Shown here: positions 37,836 through 47,774 of the stretch, in pieces | Layout of the letters: the number at the start of each line of letters is the position of its first letter | Position numbering within the stretch: the first letter of the stretch is position 1 | From: Bacteroidia bacterium | Lineage (GTDB): Bacteria; Bacteroidota; Bacteroidia; AKYH767-A; JBBKVM01 | DNA: 64,000 bases | Reading direction: 5' to 3' | Assembly (NCBI GenBank): GCA_037969175.1 | Contig: JBBKWX010000039.1 | Location: 3,752-67,751, forward strand | Notes under the pieces: model-generated | Seen by the model: only the letters and a program-made list of their open reading frames with translations | Told to the model about the DNA's origin: nothing | The model's database searches: none | Program-made: the position numbers and the translations under genes

Positions 37836-38240
37836 TTATTTTTTGAAATGATTTTCATTAATTTCTACCATCTTGCTAATTGACAGTGGCTTGGTAATAT
37901 AATCTGTTACTTCTGTATATGCTTTGGCTCTGTCCAGATCTTTCTGATAAATGGAAGATGAAAGCATAATAATTTTAATTCCTTCCTTTTTATCCAGTTT
38001 TATTTTTTTGAACTCATCGAGGAAATCCCATCCATTCATCACAGGCATATTGATATCCAAAAACAAAAGATCAGGCAGATCAGCTGCGTTTGCATCCTGA
38101 ATGCTTTGTAAGGCTGCAATACCGGTTAGATGTGTTTCTATATCGCATGCAAGACCGGATTTAGAAATGATCTTAGTACACAAAAAATTGTTGACGTCAT
38201 CATCATCAATGATCATGATCCGTTTCAATTGTTTTGACAT
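37836..38240 (-). CDS. Stand-alone response-regulator receiver domain protein (CheY-like).
   Basis: 134 aa. IMIIDDDDVNNF...DLLFLDINMPVMNGWDFL...KIIMLSSS... The receiver domain has the acidic pocket, the phospho-Asp and the conserved Lys region. Confidence 0.85.
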   Translation of the reverse strand: MSKQLKRIMIIDDDDVNNFLCTKIISKSGLACDIETHLTGIAALQSIQDANAADLPDLLFLDINMPVMNGWDFLDEFKKIKLDKKEGIKIIMLSSSIYQKDLDRAKAYTEVTDYITKPLSISKMVEINENHFKK

Positions 38241-38249
38241 AAAGTACGA

Positions 38250-41200
38250 TTATACAGTGTAATCCTTCAAAGATATGTGAAAAGTCGTACCAATCCCAAC
38301 TTCACTTTCAACTTCTATTTTCCCGCCATGAGCTTCAACTTGAGATTTTATTATAAAGAGTCCCAGTCCTTTACCCTCAATTCTTTCATGAAAACGTTGG
38401 TAAAAACCGAATAATTTCTCTTTATATTTCGCAAGATCAATTCCAAGGCCGTTATCTTTAACACTTATAATCACCATTCCGCTTTCTTTTGTAGTCTTGA
38501 TTTCGATCAAAGGATCACGTTCAGGTGCCCTATATTTAATAGCATTTGTGATCAGGTTCAATAAGATACTTTGTATATGGCTTTGCGGATAAACCATTGT
38601 AGGGGTCATTGCAAAATCAACATTAAAGACAACATTAGATTTAAGTACTTGAGTCTCTATGCTATGAATCACAGAATCCAGAACTTGCTGAAATGAAACT
38701 TGAATGATATCATCATTTAGTGTTTTCTTTTCAACAAGCATTTTGATCAGATCATTAAGGGTAATATGCAGGTAATTCAAGGATTGATTCATCCTTTTCA
38801 TTACTTGAGGATTTTCAATATTCAAAGGATCAACGGAATCATATAACCCCATCAATCCAATTAAATTTGCAACCGGAGAACGTAAATTATGAGATGCAAC
38901 ATATGCAAATTGTTCCAGTTCATTATTTGATAAGATCAATTCATTGGTAAGCTGTTGTAAGGCTCTTTCTGCAGCCTTTCTTTCATCAATATCAAGGAGA
39001 GTACCCGACATTCTCTTAGCCTGATATCTATTGTCCCTGATAAATGCCCTGCCTTTTTTCAGTATCCACTTGTAGGTGCCACTCTTGGTTCTAAGCCTTT
39101 GTTCAGATTCGTAATGATCGGTCTTGCCTTCAAGATGCAATTTCAATTTTTCATTCACAAAATCAATGTCCTCAGGATGAATTAAATCTTCCCATGAATT
39201 TCTTGAACTAAATTCATTCAAATTATCTTCATAATCATATCCCAGCATTTCATACCAACGTTGATTATAAATTGCAACATCTTTTTCTATATCCCATTCC
39301 CACATCGCCAGATCTGCGCCTTTTATAGCAAGATCAAGTCTTTCCTCTGAGATCCTTAGCTCGTCCTCTGCATGCTTTATTGCCGTGATCTCTTGTTGAG
39401 AAACAACAGCATAACCCTGTCCAATTTCCATTCGGGAAACTCGTACAATAAACCATTGTACACGATGATCGGTATGCATTGGATATTCAATATGAAAGAT
39501 CCTTTTATCTGAATTAAAGAGTGTTTGAATGCCATTTTTTAAATTCTGAGAAAATTCACATCCTTTTTTATAATTAGAATCCAGTATTTGATAATAATTT
39601 GAATTTACTTCTCCTCCTATGATCCATGCATTATTCAATAAGCTCGCTTCTTTCCAGCCATCATTGACAGCCATGATATTACCTGTGTTTTCAACAACAG
39701 CAATTAAAGAAGTGAGAGAGTTCAATATTCCCTTGGTAAAACTCTCGTTATTCCGGAGAGCCTCCGTCATTTTGTTTTTATGAATAAAGGACCCAATTCC
39801 TACGGCGATCGTTCGCAGCATAGATAGCTCATCAGGATTCCAGGATCTAGCTGATTCACAAGAATCCATTCCTAAAAATCCCCAAAATAAATTGTCAATA
39901 AAAATTGGGACTACCGCAATCGAAAGTATATTTTGTGAGGCAAGAAATTTATGTTCAGGTTTCGGAAAATCATTAATGTTTCCATCTATTGAATTTCCTT
40001 TTTGAAATTCAGATAACCATCTACCCATACCTAATTCGGAATAAGAAGCATTCTTAGCTGAACCAAATTTAGAAGTCCCATATTTTTTGTTGCTAAACCA
40101 TTCATATAGCATAGTACAAGAAAGGTTTGCCGGATCTTCAAAACTATTTTTAAATATATAACAACGATCTAATTTATTTTTCTTCCCCAAAATCTCTACC
40201 GCTTGTAATAGGGCAGTTTCATCATCAGGATTCGTAAGCAATACATTTGAAGATTCAGCTGCCGATTGTATCAATTGTGTTCTTTGCTCATTTACTTTTT
40301 TCAGCTTCTTTTTCTCAGTTACATCTCTGATAATAGCTTGAAAATATAATTTCTCAGCAAAATTTATCTTACTCAACCTTACTTCTACATCCATTAATGT
40401 ACCGTCCATCTTGGAATGAATCCAATCAAAATTGATCTGATTTTCCTCTTGAATAAGTTCTCTAATAATTTTGACTTTTTGGTCTTTGTCAATACCATTC
40501 TGATCATTTGGTGAATAATCAATTGGAGATTTCCCCAGAAGATCCGTTTTCTTGCAAGCAAAAATCTCTGACGCCTTTGGATTACAATCCATAATTTCGA
40601 GATCTCGCATCAGAATTATGGCATCTTCTGATGCATTGAATAAGTTCTTGTACTTTGTTTCGCTCTCAGTCAGAGTATCCAGTGCTCTTTTCTTTTGAGT
40701 GATGTCATGTGAAATATCCATCAAAATCCGTGAACCATCTATGTCAACAAACATGGTTCTTGTTGAGGACCATCTGTAATCTCCATCCGTATTTAATATC
40801 CGGAAATCTATTTTATTTTCTGCACTCTGCCCTTGAAACAACGCATTATAACTCTTGGCAACTTCTTCTCTTTCATCCGGATGAACTCTTTCCAAGATAT
40901 CGTATACCGACATTCCTGCCATATCATCTCTGGAATAACCGATGATCTTAGCTGATGCATCATTGACCATTATGATCTTCTTGGTGGTGATATCCGTTAG
41001 CGTTATACCTACGTTTGCATTTTCAACTAAACTACGATACAACTTTTCGCTTTGGCGAAGTTTTTTACTTGTGAGCAATCGTTCTAATTCTGCAGAAGCC
41101 CGGGTGGAAAATATTTTAAGAATGCTTCGGCTAAACTCCATATCTTCAATCGGCTTTGAGTCGATAACAGCAAGACTACCAATAATATCCCCTTTAGATG

Positions 41201-42014
41201 ATTTTAGTGCTACACCAAGATAAGATTCCGCTTTTAACTCTTTCAAATAAAGGAGGTCGGGATATTTTGAAATAATGTTTTTTGAGATCCCATTGAATCC
41301 TGAGGTCAAACTATCTTCGCAAGGAGAGCCGGCCAGCTCATATTCGAAATTGTCTATTAATTTTTGATCATCAACAAAAGCAACAGTTTCAACTGTTGTT
41401 AATGAATCATGTACCCGCTGGGTCACATATGAATATTTAACATTTAATGTAGAAGACAATCTCTTTACCAGATCAACAAAAAAAGTCTCTTCGTGGCTCC
41501 CGGATACACCATAACTAATCTGCTCAACAATTTCAATCACTTTGTTACGCTTTGAGAATTCGAGATCCTGGATCTCGTCTCTAAGTATCCCCAATTCCTT
41601 TTTCATTTTATAGGATTCGAGAATCCTGATCACAGAAAAGGGTAATAGATCTAACTTGTTTTTTAATATGAAATCATCAGCACCATTTCGCAAACATTCA
41701 ACAGCAAGCTCTTCGCCAATAGAACCCGTAACAAATATAAAAGGTGTATTTGATTTGTGTTTTGTGAAATTAAAAGCAGCGGCGCCATCATATCCCGGGA
41801 TTCTGTAATCAGCAATTACGAGATCCGGTTTATTATCAATAATACAATTTTCGAAGCTAATTTTATCTGTAGTTTGAATTATGTCTAATTCAAAATCAAG
41901 GGTGTTTAATTGATTTACAGTTAATTCAAGATCATAAGGGTTATCTTCCAATACAACTATTTGAATTTTATCCTTGCTGGTTTTAAATGTATCCAAGTAT
42001 TTACAATTAATCAA
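38250..42014 (-). CDS. Hybrid receiver-GAF-multi-PAS sensor histidine kinase (1254 aa).
   Basis: N-terminal receiver (KIQIVVLEDNPYDLEL...DLVIADYRIPGYDGAAAF). GAF and at least 4 PAS/PAC modules. H-box ...FAYVASHNLRSPVANLIGL. C-terminal HATPase_c (...DNGLGIDL...GKGLGLFIIK). The only possible start is TTG at 42014, overlapping the upstream TGA. Confidence 0.85.
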   Translation of the reverse strand: MINCKYLDTFKTSKDKIQIVVLEDNPYDLELTVNQLNTLDFELDIIQTTDKISFENCIIDNKPDLVIADYRIPGYDGAAAFNFTKHKSNTPFIFVTGSIGEELAVECLRNGADDFILKNKLDLLPFSVIRILESYKMKKELGILRDEIQDLEFSKRNKVIEIVEQISYGVSGSHEETFFVDLVKRLSSTLNVKYSYVTQRVHDSLTTVETVAFVDDQKLIDNFEYELAGSPCEDSLTSGFNGISKNIISKYPDLLYLKELKAESYLGVALKSSKGDIIGSLAVIDSKPIEDMEFSRSILKIFSTRASAELERLLTSKKLRQSEKLYRSLVENANVGITLTDITTKKIIMVNDASAKIIGYSRDDMAGMSVYDILERVHPDEREEVAKSYNALFQGQSAENKIDFRILNTDGDYRWSSTRTMFVDIDGSRILMDISHDITQKKRALDTLTESETKYKNLFNASEDAIILMRDLEIMDCNPKASEIFACKKTDLLGKSPIDYSPNDQNGIDKDQKVKIIRELIQEENQINFDWIHSKMDGTLMDVEVRLSKINFAEKLYFQAIIRDVTEKKKLKKVNEQRTQLIQSAAESSNVLLTNPDDETALLQAVEILGKKNKLDRCYIFKNSFEDPANLSCTMLYEWFSNKKYGTSKFGSAKNASYSELGMGRWLSEFQKGNSIDGNINDFPKPEHKFLASQNILSIAVVPIFIDNLFWGFLGMDSCESARSWNPDELSMLRTIAVGIGSFIHKNKMTEALRNNESFTKGILNSLTSLIAVVENTGNIMAVNDGWKEASLLNNAWIIGGEVNSNYYQILDSNYKKGCEFSQNLKNGIQTLFNSDKRIFHIEYPMHTDHRVQWFIVRVSRMEIGQGYAVVSQQEITAIKHAEDELRISEERLDLAIKGADLAMWEWDIEKDVAIYNQRWYEMLGYDYEDNLNEFSSRNSWEDLIHPEDIDFVNEKLKLHLEGKTDHYESEQRLRTKSGTYKWILKKGRAFIRDNRYQAKRMSGTLLDIDERKAAERALQQLTNELILSNNELEQFAYVASHNLRSPVANLIGLMGLYDSVDPLNIENPQVMKRMNQSLNYLHITLNDLIKMLVEKKTLNDDIIQVSFQQVLDSVIHSIETQVLKSNVVFNVDFAMTPTMVYPQSHIQSILLNLITNAIKYRAPERDPLIEIKTTKESGMVIISVKDNGLGIDLAKYKEKLFGFYQRFHERIEGKGLGLFIIKSQVEAHGGKIEVESEVGIGTTFHISLKDYTV

Positions 42015-44827
42015 TGAATATAATCTACAAAAGGAAGAGCAATAAAAAGCTTGATTTTATTATCGCTTGAAATTTCAGCACTGATCTTTCCATCCATTTT
42101 TTCAACTATCTTTTTCACTTTTGTTAAACCTAAACCAGGTCTTGCTGAATCGCTTACTATGAAGGGTTGAAAAATATTTTTTGAATCTATGTTTTCTGAG
42201 AAGCTTCCATTATCACAATATTCCAGCACCGGTCCTCCAACCTTATTCATCCAACGAGCTTTTATTTCAAGATGTGGCAAATCTTTATTGTGATTTATAG
42301 AGTTAGTGATCAATTCTTTAAATACCAGTGCCAACTGATCTTTATCAGCACGAATTTTCATGGGAAACTCATTGTTAATAATCAATTCGCATTTTGAAGA
42401 TATTGAATCTTTATCAAAGACTTGCGATATGAGACGTATCGGATCAATTTCCGTGAGCTTCAATTCCTTTCTCAAAGTGCGTGAGAAATCAACCATCGCA
42501 TCCATCCACTCAGACGAATTACTTTCCGCATCCCGTAAGTGCAAAAATTGAAACATGTTGTCAAGCTCTAAATTTTCAAATTCACCACGCAATTTGGGTG
42601 TTTCATTTAGTTCAGTATCAGATTCAACGATATTACTTGCTGAATCAATAACGTTTCTGTAATTTCCTATGATCCCCCCGATAGAAGTATTATTCAAAAG
42701 ATTAATAAGCGAACTTTGAATCGAAATATATTCGCCATTTTTTGATCTCATTCTTAAAACCGTGTTATAAGCAACACCCGGATTACTCAACAAATTTGAT
42801 AGATCCGATACAGCTTTTGGCATATCATCTTCATGGATCAGATCAAAAATTGATCTTTCAATCAATTCACTGGGTTGATATCCCAAGATCCTGAGAAGTG
42901 CAGGTCCCTGAAATTTCACAATTCCATTTTTATCAAATACACCTACTCCATCGAAAGAATTTTCCAAAATTGCTTTGAAAAAATCCTGGCTGTTCAATAG
43001 TTTTTCTTCGACATCCTTCAAGTTGGTGACATCCGTTAGATATCCTTCCAATAAGTGCTTTTGTTCAACTTCAGACCAAACGGATTTCCCATTCTCGAGT
43101 ATCCAACGGAATGTTCCATTAGCAGACTTGATCTTATAAGAGATCTGGAAATCTTCTTCTGCTTTTACATATTCAGCAATATAACTCAAGATCTTTTCCT
43201 TATGTTCTTCAACGATCAGTTCTCTATAATCCAGATCCGAAGCAAGAATTAATTCTGATGCATCATAACCTGTGAGATTTGAAACTCCACTACTTAAGAA
43301 TTTCATGTTGAAAGGATACTTTGCTTCAGCACTATATGCTGCACCGGGCAAATTCTCCATCAAGGTTCCTATTTTGCGATTTGTTTCCTTTAACTCAAGT
43401 TCACTGTGTTTTCTAGATGTAATATCTCTGATAACTAACTGAATGATCTTATTATTAGAGGCATCAATTACATTCATGCTTAGATCTACCGGGATCAATA
43501 AGCCTTCCTTATTTTCTATAATATATTCTTCAGAAAACAATTCCCCATCCTCTTCAAGCATTAAATTAAATTCTTCTAAAAATTCATTATGTTGCCCGGC
43601 TAATAAGGAAGTAAACAACGTGTCTTTTAGCTGGTCTTCATTTTGACCAAAGAGTAATTCAGCTTGCAAATTACATCCATTTATCTTTCCATTTGAATAA
43701 TCAAGTATAAGAATTGCATCTAAAGAAGATTCAATAAGAGATTTAAATTTTGTTTCTGAAACTACCAGATCAACTTCCATCTCGCGTCGTTTAGAAATAT
43801 CTGTGATCATAGCCAAGGCTCCAATATATTTATCTTCATCCATAATAGGATTCGTATTCAAAATACACCAAAGATCACTGCCGTCTTTTCTCTTAAATTT
43901 AAAATCGTGCTGTTCAGGGATTCCACGTTTTCTTTTATCCAAATTTAATTTGGTTATCATTTTGCCCTCTTCATCCATAAAATCATATAGGGTCTTACCT
44001 ATCATCTCATCTACAGAATATCCTAGCATTTCTGCCATTTTAGGATTGACAAATGTGGTAATTTCCTTTTCTTCGATCATCCACATTCCCTCCTGTGACG
44101 TTTCGACGATCAACTTGTACAATGCTTCACTTTTAGCAAGTCCAATTTCTGAGATCTTTCTCTTTTCTATATTATTTGCCATTACCAGACAAGCAGGTGT
44201 GGAATTATAAGTAGTCAGATGAGAATGGATCTCTACAGGAAATATTTTCCCGGATTTGGTCTTATGCCTCCATTCCCCTGAATGCCTAAATTTTGTTTGT
44301 CTTTTTTTAATAACATCTTCTAGTTTTTCGATGTCTTCAACAGGTCGGATATCAGCAATTGTAAGATCCAAAAACTCCGATTTATCCCATCCGTAAAGAT
44401 CAAGAGCTGAATTGTTAACATCTAAAATTTTTAAGTTTTCCAAATCATAGATAAACATACTCATCGGGTTATCTCTAAAAAGATATTCTCCCATATGTGG
44501 ATTTGAACTAGCGTTTGTATCGATCAATTCACAAATTAATATTTTATCTACTTTCTGAACCCTCAATAAATAATCACCTGTGAAATGAGGTGTTTGAAGT
44601 TTCACATTTAAATCCCGTTTTAAACCGGATTTACTATTAACAAATTCAGCTAATGGAAGAGCCTCAAGGAATTTGTTCTCGGTCCAGGATCTATCAAGTT
44701 CTTCTGCAGCATGAGTATGCGTGAGTGCTTCCATGCCAGCACTCCAAAAAATTATATTGCCACCCTCATCAATACCAAACAATCTGGTTTTGATCTGAGA
44801 ATAAAAAACTTCGAGAAGGGCTTTCAT
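42011..44827 (-). CDS. Multi-PAS-domain sensor protein with a C-terminal histidine-kinase-like ATPase domain; H-box atypical or not identified.
   Basis: 938 aa. Several PAS S-box-like modules. C-terminal N/G1/G2 boxes (ELITNSINHN, DNGSFSENID, GLGLTKVKKIV). No canonical H-box found by eye. No TM segments. Confidence 0.75.
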   Translation of the reverse strand: MKALLEVFYSQIKTRLFGIDEGGNIIFWSAGMEALTHTHAAEELDRSWTENKFLEALPLAEFVNSKSGLKRDLNVKLQTPHFTGDYLLRVQKVDKILICELIDTNASSNPHMGEYLFRDNPMSMFIYDLENLKILDVNNSALDLYGWDKSEFLDLTIADIRPVEDIEKLEDVIKKRQTKFRHSGEWRHKTKSGKIFPVEIHSHLTTYNSTPACLVMANNIEKRKISEIGLAKSEALYKLIVETSQEGMWMIEEKEITTFVNPKMAEMLGYSVDEMIGKTLYDFMDEEGKMITKLNLDKRKRGIPEQHDFKFKRKDGSDLWCILNTNPIMDEDKYIGALAMITDISKRREMEVDLVVSETKFKSLIESSLDAILILDYSNGKINGCNLQAELLFGQNEDQLKDTLFTSLLAGQHNEFLEEFNLMLEEDGELFSEEYIIENKEGLLIPVDLSMNVIDASNNKIIQLVIRDITSRKHSELELKETNRKIGTLMENLPGAAYSAEAKYPFNMKFLSSGVSNLTGYDASELILASDLDYRELIVEEHKEKILSYIAEYVKAEEDFQISYKIKSANGTFRWILENGKSVWSEVEQKHLLEGYLTDVTNLKDVEEKLLNSQDFFKAILENSFDGVGVFDKNGIVKFQGPALLRILGYQPSELIERSIFDLIHEDDMPKAVSDLSNLLSNPGVAYNTVLRMRSKNGEYISIQSSLINLLNNTSIGGIIGNYRNVIDSASNIVESDTELNETPKLRGEFENLELDNMFQFLHLRDAESNSSEWMDAMVDFSRTLRKELKLTEIDPIRLISQVFDKDSISSKCELIINNEFPMKIRADKDQLALVFKELITNSINHNKDLPHLEIKARWMNKVGGPVLEYCDNGSFSENIDSKNIFQPFIVSDSARPGLGLTKVKKIVEKMDGKISAEISSDNKIKLFIALPFVDYIH

Positions 44828-44928
44828 AGGGAAATTTCTGAATTATTGGAAGCAAAACAAAAATACAATAATTTACTCCTTACAAAACCAATTTAGTAAT
44901 TCCTTTAGTTTTAAGAAATGTGAATCCT

Positions 44929-44936
44929 TACATTTG
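44929..44936 (+). promoter_or_regulatory. -7 promoter box TACATTTG for the transaldolase-family gene.
   Basis: TAnnTTTG consensus 25 nt upstream of ATG 44962, in a divergent intergenic region. Confidence 0.35.
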
Positions 44937-44961
44937 CATTTCATCTACCAATAGAAGCCAT

Positions 44962-45624
44962 ATGAAGTTCTTTATCGACACCGCTAACCTGAATCAGATA
45001 AGAGAAGCCAATGACCTTGGTGTCTTGGACGGAGTTACAACAAATCCATCGTTGATGGCAAAAGAAGGAATAACCGGTGCAGAGGAAGTTCTTGAACATT
45101 ACAAAGCTATTTGTTCTATCGTCGACGGAGATGTTAGTGCTGAGGTGATCTCCACGGATTTTGATACGATCATTAAAGAAGGAAAAATCCTGGCTGCACT
45201 ACATCCAAATATTGTTGTGAAAGTTCCAATGATAAAAGATGGTGTGAAAGCTCTCAAATATTTTTCATCTGAAGGAATCAGAACAAATTGCACATTGGTG
45301 TTTTCAGCAGGGCAAGCTTTATTGGCCGCAAAAGCAGGAGCATCCTACGTCTCTCCCTTTATCGGAAGATTAGATGATGTGTCTTATGATGGAATTGAAT
45401 TAATTCATCAAATTGTTGACATTTATGAAAATTACGGCTTCGAAACAGAAGTTCTGGCCGCTTCTATCCGACATACAGTTCATATAGTTAAATGTGCAGA
45501 AGCCGGTGCTGACGTAGTAACATGTCCTTTGCAACAGATACTTGATCTGTTAAAACACCCACTTACAGATATTGGGCTTGCAAAGTTCTTGGCTGATCAT
45601 GCCAAAGCTTCCGGCAAAATTTAA
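44962..45624 (+). CDS. tal: Transaldolase / fructose-6-phosphate aldolase family (type 3B, ~220 aa).
   Basis: [31 protein letters not shown]... matches Fsa/TalC. The catalytic Lys region is VVKVP. ATG at 44962 is preferred over the track's extended 44920 start. Confidence 0.88.
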   Translation: MKFFIDTANLNQIREANDLGVLDGVTTNPSLMAKEGITGAEEVLEHYKAICSIVDGDVSAEVISTDFDTIIKEGKILAALHPNIVVKVPMIKDGVKALKYFSSEGIRTNCTLVFSAGQALLAAKAGASYVSPFIGRLDDVSYDGIELIHQIVDIYENYGFETEVLAASIRHTVHIVKCAEAGADVVTCPLQQILDLLKHPLTDIGLAKFLADHAKASGKI

Positions 45625-45626
45625 TT

Positions 45627-46247
45627 ATGCTCCTTAGAATTCACCCGGATAATCCGCCGGAAAGGCTTATCAGACAAATATCAGAAGTTTTGAATAATGA
45701 TGGAGTAATCATTATACCAACCGATTCTGTTTATGCTATTGCGTGTAGTATTCATCGTATTAAAGCAGTCGATAAGTTATGCCGGATCAGAAATATAAAA
45801 ATTGAAAAAGCAAACTTTTCATTTTTATGCAATGATCTGAGCCATATCTCAGATTTTACAAAACATATAGATACCGCGACTTATAAGCTTATGAAAAGAG
45901 CATTGCCCGGACCCTATACCTTCATTTTGAATGCGAGCAACAGTGTCCCTTCAATTTTCAAAAGCAAAAAAAAAACCATTGGTATCAGGGTTCCGGATAA
46001 TAAAATTACGCAACTCATCATCAAGGAGCTTGGCCACCCATTGATGGTAACCTCTCTGCATGATGAAGATGATATTTTGGAATACATGACCGATCCTGAA
46101 TTGATCGATGAAAAATTTGGTACTGCAGTTGATTTTGTAATTGACGGTGGATACGGCGAATTATCGCCTACAACAGTCGTTGATTGTACAGGTGACAATC
46201 CGGTTTTAATCAGGGAGGGCAAAGGAGACATTAGTATCATCTCCTAA
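45627..46247 (+). CDS. tsaC: L-threonylcarbamoyladenylate synthase, YrdC/TsaC type.
   Basis: 206 aa. ...DGVIIIPTDSVYAIAC... is the YrdC signature. ...KKKTIGIRVPD... also present. Confidence 0.88.
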   Translation: MLLRIHPDNPPERLIRQISEVLNNDGVIIIPTDSVYAIACSIHRIKAVDKLCRIRNIKIEKANFSFLCNDLSHISDFTKHIDTATYKLMKRALPGPYTFILNASNSVPSIFKSKKKTIGIRVPDNKITQLIIKELGHPLMVTSLHDEDDILEYMTDPELIDEKFGTAVDFVIDGGYGELSPTTVVDCTGDNPVLIREGKGDISIIS

Positions 46248-47747
46248 ACTTTTTATTGCTTCGGGTATAAATCGAATTATATCTGTGGCAGTCATTGCCT
46301 CCATGCCTTTTTCGTTAGCGGCATAATCACCGGCTAATCCATGTAAATAAACTGCCCTTATCGCTGCATCCAATGGCTCGTAACCTCTGGCGACCAAGCC
46401 GGTTAGCAAGCCTGTTAAAATATCTCCTGAACCTCCTTTTGCCATGCCCGGATTACCGGTTGAATTATAAAACACTTCACCCTTTGCAGATACAACCGCT
46501 GTACATGCTCCTTTTAGCACCAAAACAATCCCATATTTACGCGCAAATGCCTTTGCCTTATCAATTGCATCAAAATCATTTGAGGATTCACCACACAGCC
46601 TCTTGAATTCTCCGGGGTGCGGAGTGAAAACAGCTCCGTAGGATAAAAAACTTAACCAGGTTGGATTCTCAGCCAAAATATTAATCGCATCTGCATCGAA
46701 AATGACAGGCATTTTAAAATCCTGTATCAATTGTTTTATTAAAAATGCAGTTTCAGGATTTGTGCCTATTCCGGGACCAATTCCACAAGCAGAAAATCTA
46801 CCTGAAGGAGGAACTGAAACCAAATGGTCAATCCCCGAACCGGCAATTGTCATGGCTTCCGGAGTGCTTATATTAATACTTTGTACTATAGATTCAGGAA
46901 CACTTGCTGTTACCAGCCCAACTCCTGATCGGATACATGCGGAAACTGCCAATATTGCGGCACCCGCTTTCCCCTGAGAACCCGCAACGATAAGTGCATG
47001 ACCATAGTCACCTTTATGAGAATGCTTTTTTCTTTGAATTGATTTTGCCTTTAGATCTTTAGAGCTTATTTGAAAATACTTGGTCTCCATTTCATCAATA
47101 CATGTTTTGGACAAACCAATATCAATAATATGAAAATCACCAACATACACGTCATTTTCAGCCATGAAAAATGCTAATCTGGGTAATTGCAAACTCAAGG
47201 TATGTTTTGCTTTAATAATTGAATCATTATCACAGCTGCTCTGATCAGCATACAAACCACTTGGTATGTCCACAGAAACTATTTCAACACCCGATCCATT
47301 GATGGTTTTTACCATATCAGCATAAATTCCCCGGAGCGGCCGGTTAAGCCCTGAGCCAAACAAGCAGTCAATGATGATGGTATTCTCGGAGTTGGTAAAA
47401 ATTTCATCAGATGCAAGTTCATAGTTAATTTCAACAGCATTACATTCTGTCATACGAACTTTATTTATCGCATGATCCTCACTTAGATTCTTGACACTGT
47501 TCGGACTTGTATACAATACCTGAAAACCGGCATTAGCAAGATATCTGGTAATCACTAATCCATCACCTCCATTATTACCGGGACCGCAAAAAATAAGATA
47601 CTTTACGCCTTTTCCATAATGATTCTTCAGCCATTGGAAACAGGCCATGCCGGCTCTTTCCATTAGCTCCACCGATGTTATTCCGGCTTCAAGGATAGTT
47701 GCTTCATCTAATTTTCTGATCTGATTCGTGTGGAGAATCTTGCGCAT
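46206..47747 (-). CDS. nnr: Bifunctional NAD(P)H-hydrate repair enzyme Nnr (epimerase plus ADP-dependent dehydratase).
   Basis: N-terminal YjeF_N (...FCGPGNNGGDGLV...). C-terminal carbohydrate-kinase-like dehydratase (...GSGDILTGL...). ATG at 47745-47747 (MRKILHTNQIRKLDEATI) is preferred over the TTG at 47762. Confidence 0.88.
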   Translation of the reverse strand: MRKILHTNQIRKLDEATILEAGITSVELMERAGMACFQWLKNHYGKGVKYLIFCGPGNNGGDGLVITRYLANAGFQVLYTSPNSVKNLSEDHAINKVRMTECNAVEINYELASDEIFTNSENTIIIDCLFGSGLNRPLRGIYADMVKTINGSGVEIVSVDIPSGLYADQSSCDNDSIIKAKHTLSLQLPRLAFFMAENDVYVGDFHIIDIGLSKTCIDEMETKYFQISSKDLKAKSIQRKKHSHKGDYGHALIVAGSQGKAGAAILAVSACIRSGVGLVTASVPESIVQSINISTPEAMTIAGSGIDHLVSVPPSGRFSACGIGPGIGTNPETAFLIKQLIQDFKMPVIFDADAINILAENPTWLSFLSYGAVFTPHPGEFKRLCGESSNDFDAIDKAKAFARKYGIVLVLKGACTAVVSAKGEVFYNSTGNPGMAKGGSGDILTGLLTGLVARGYEPLDAAIRAVYLHGLAGDYAANEKGMEAMTATDIIRFIPEAIKSLGDDTNVSFALPD

Positions 47748-47774
47748 GTAAGCAAGATACAAAAGGCTAGATGC

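Noticed and set aside
40709-41223. Two + strand ORFs (78 and 93 aa) inside the hybrid kinase gene.
   Set aside because: Antisense shadow ORFs with no domain signatures.
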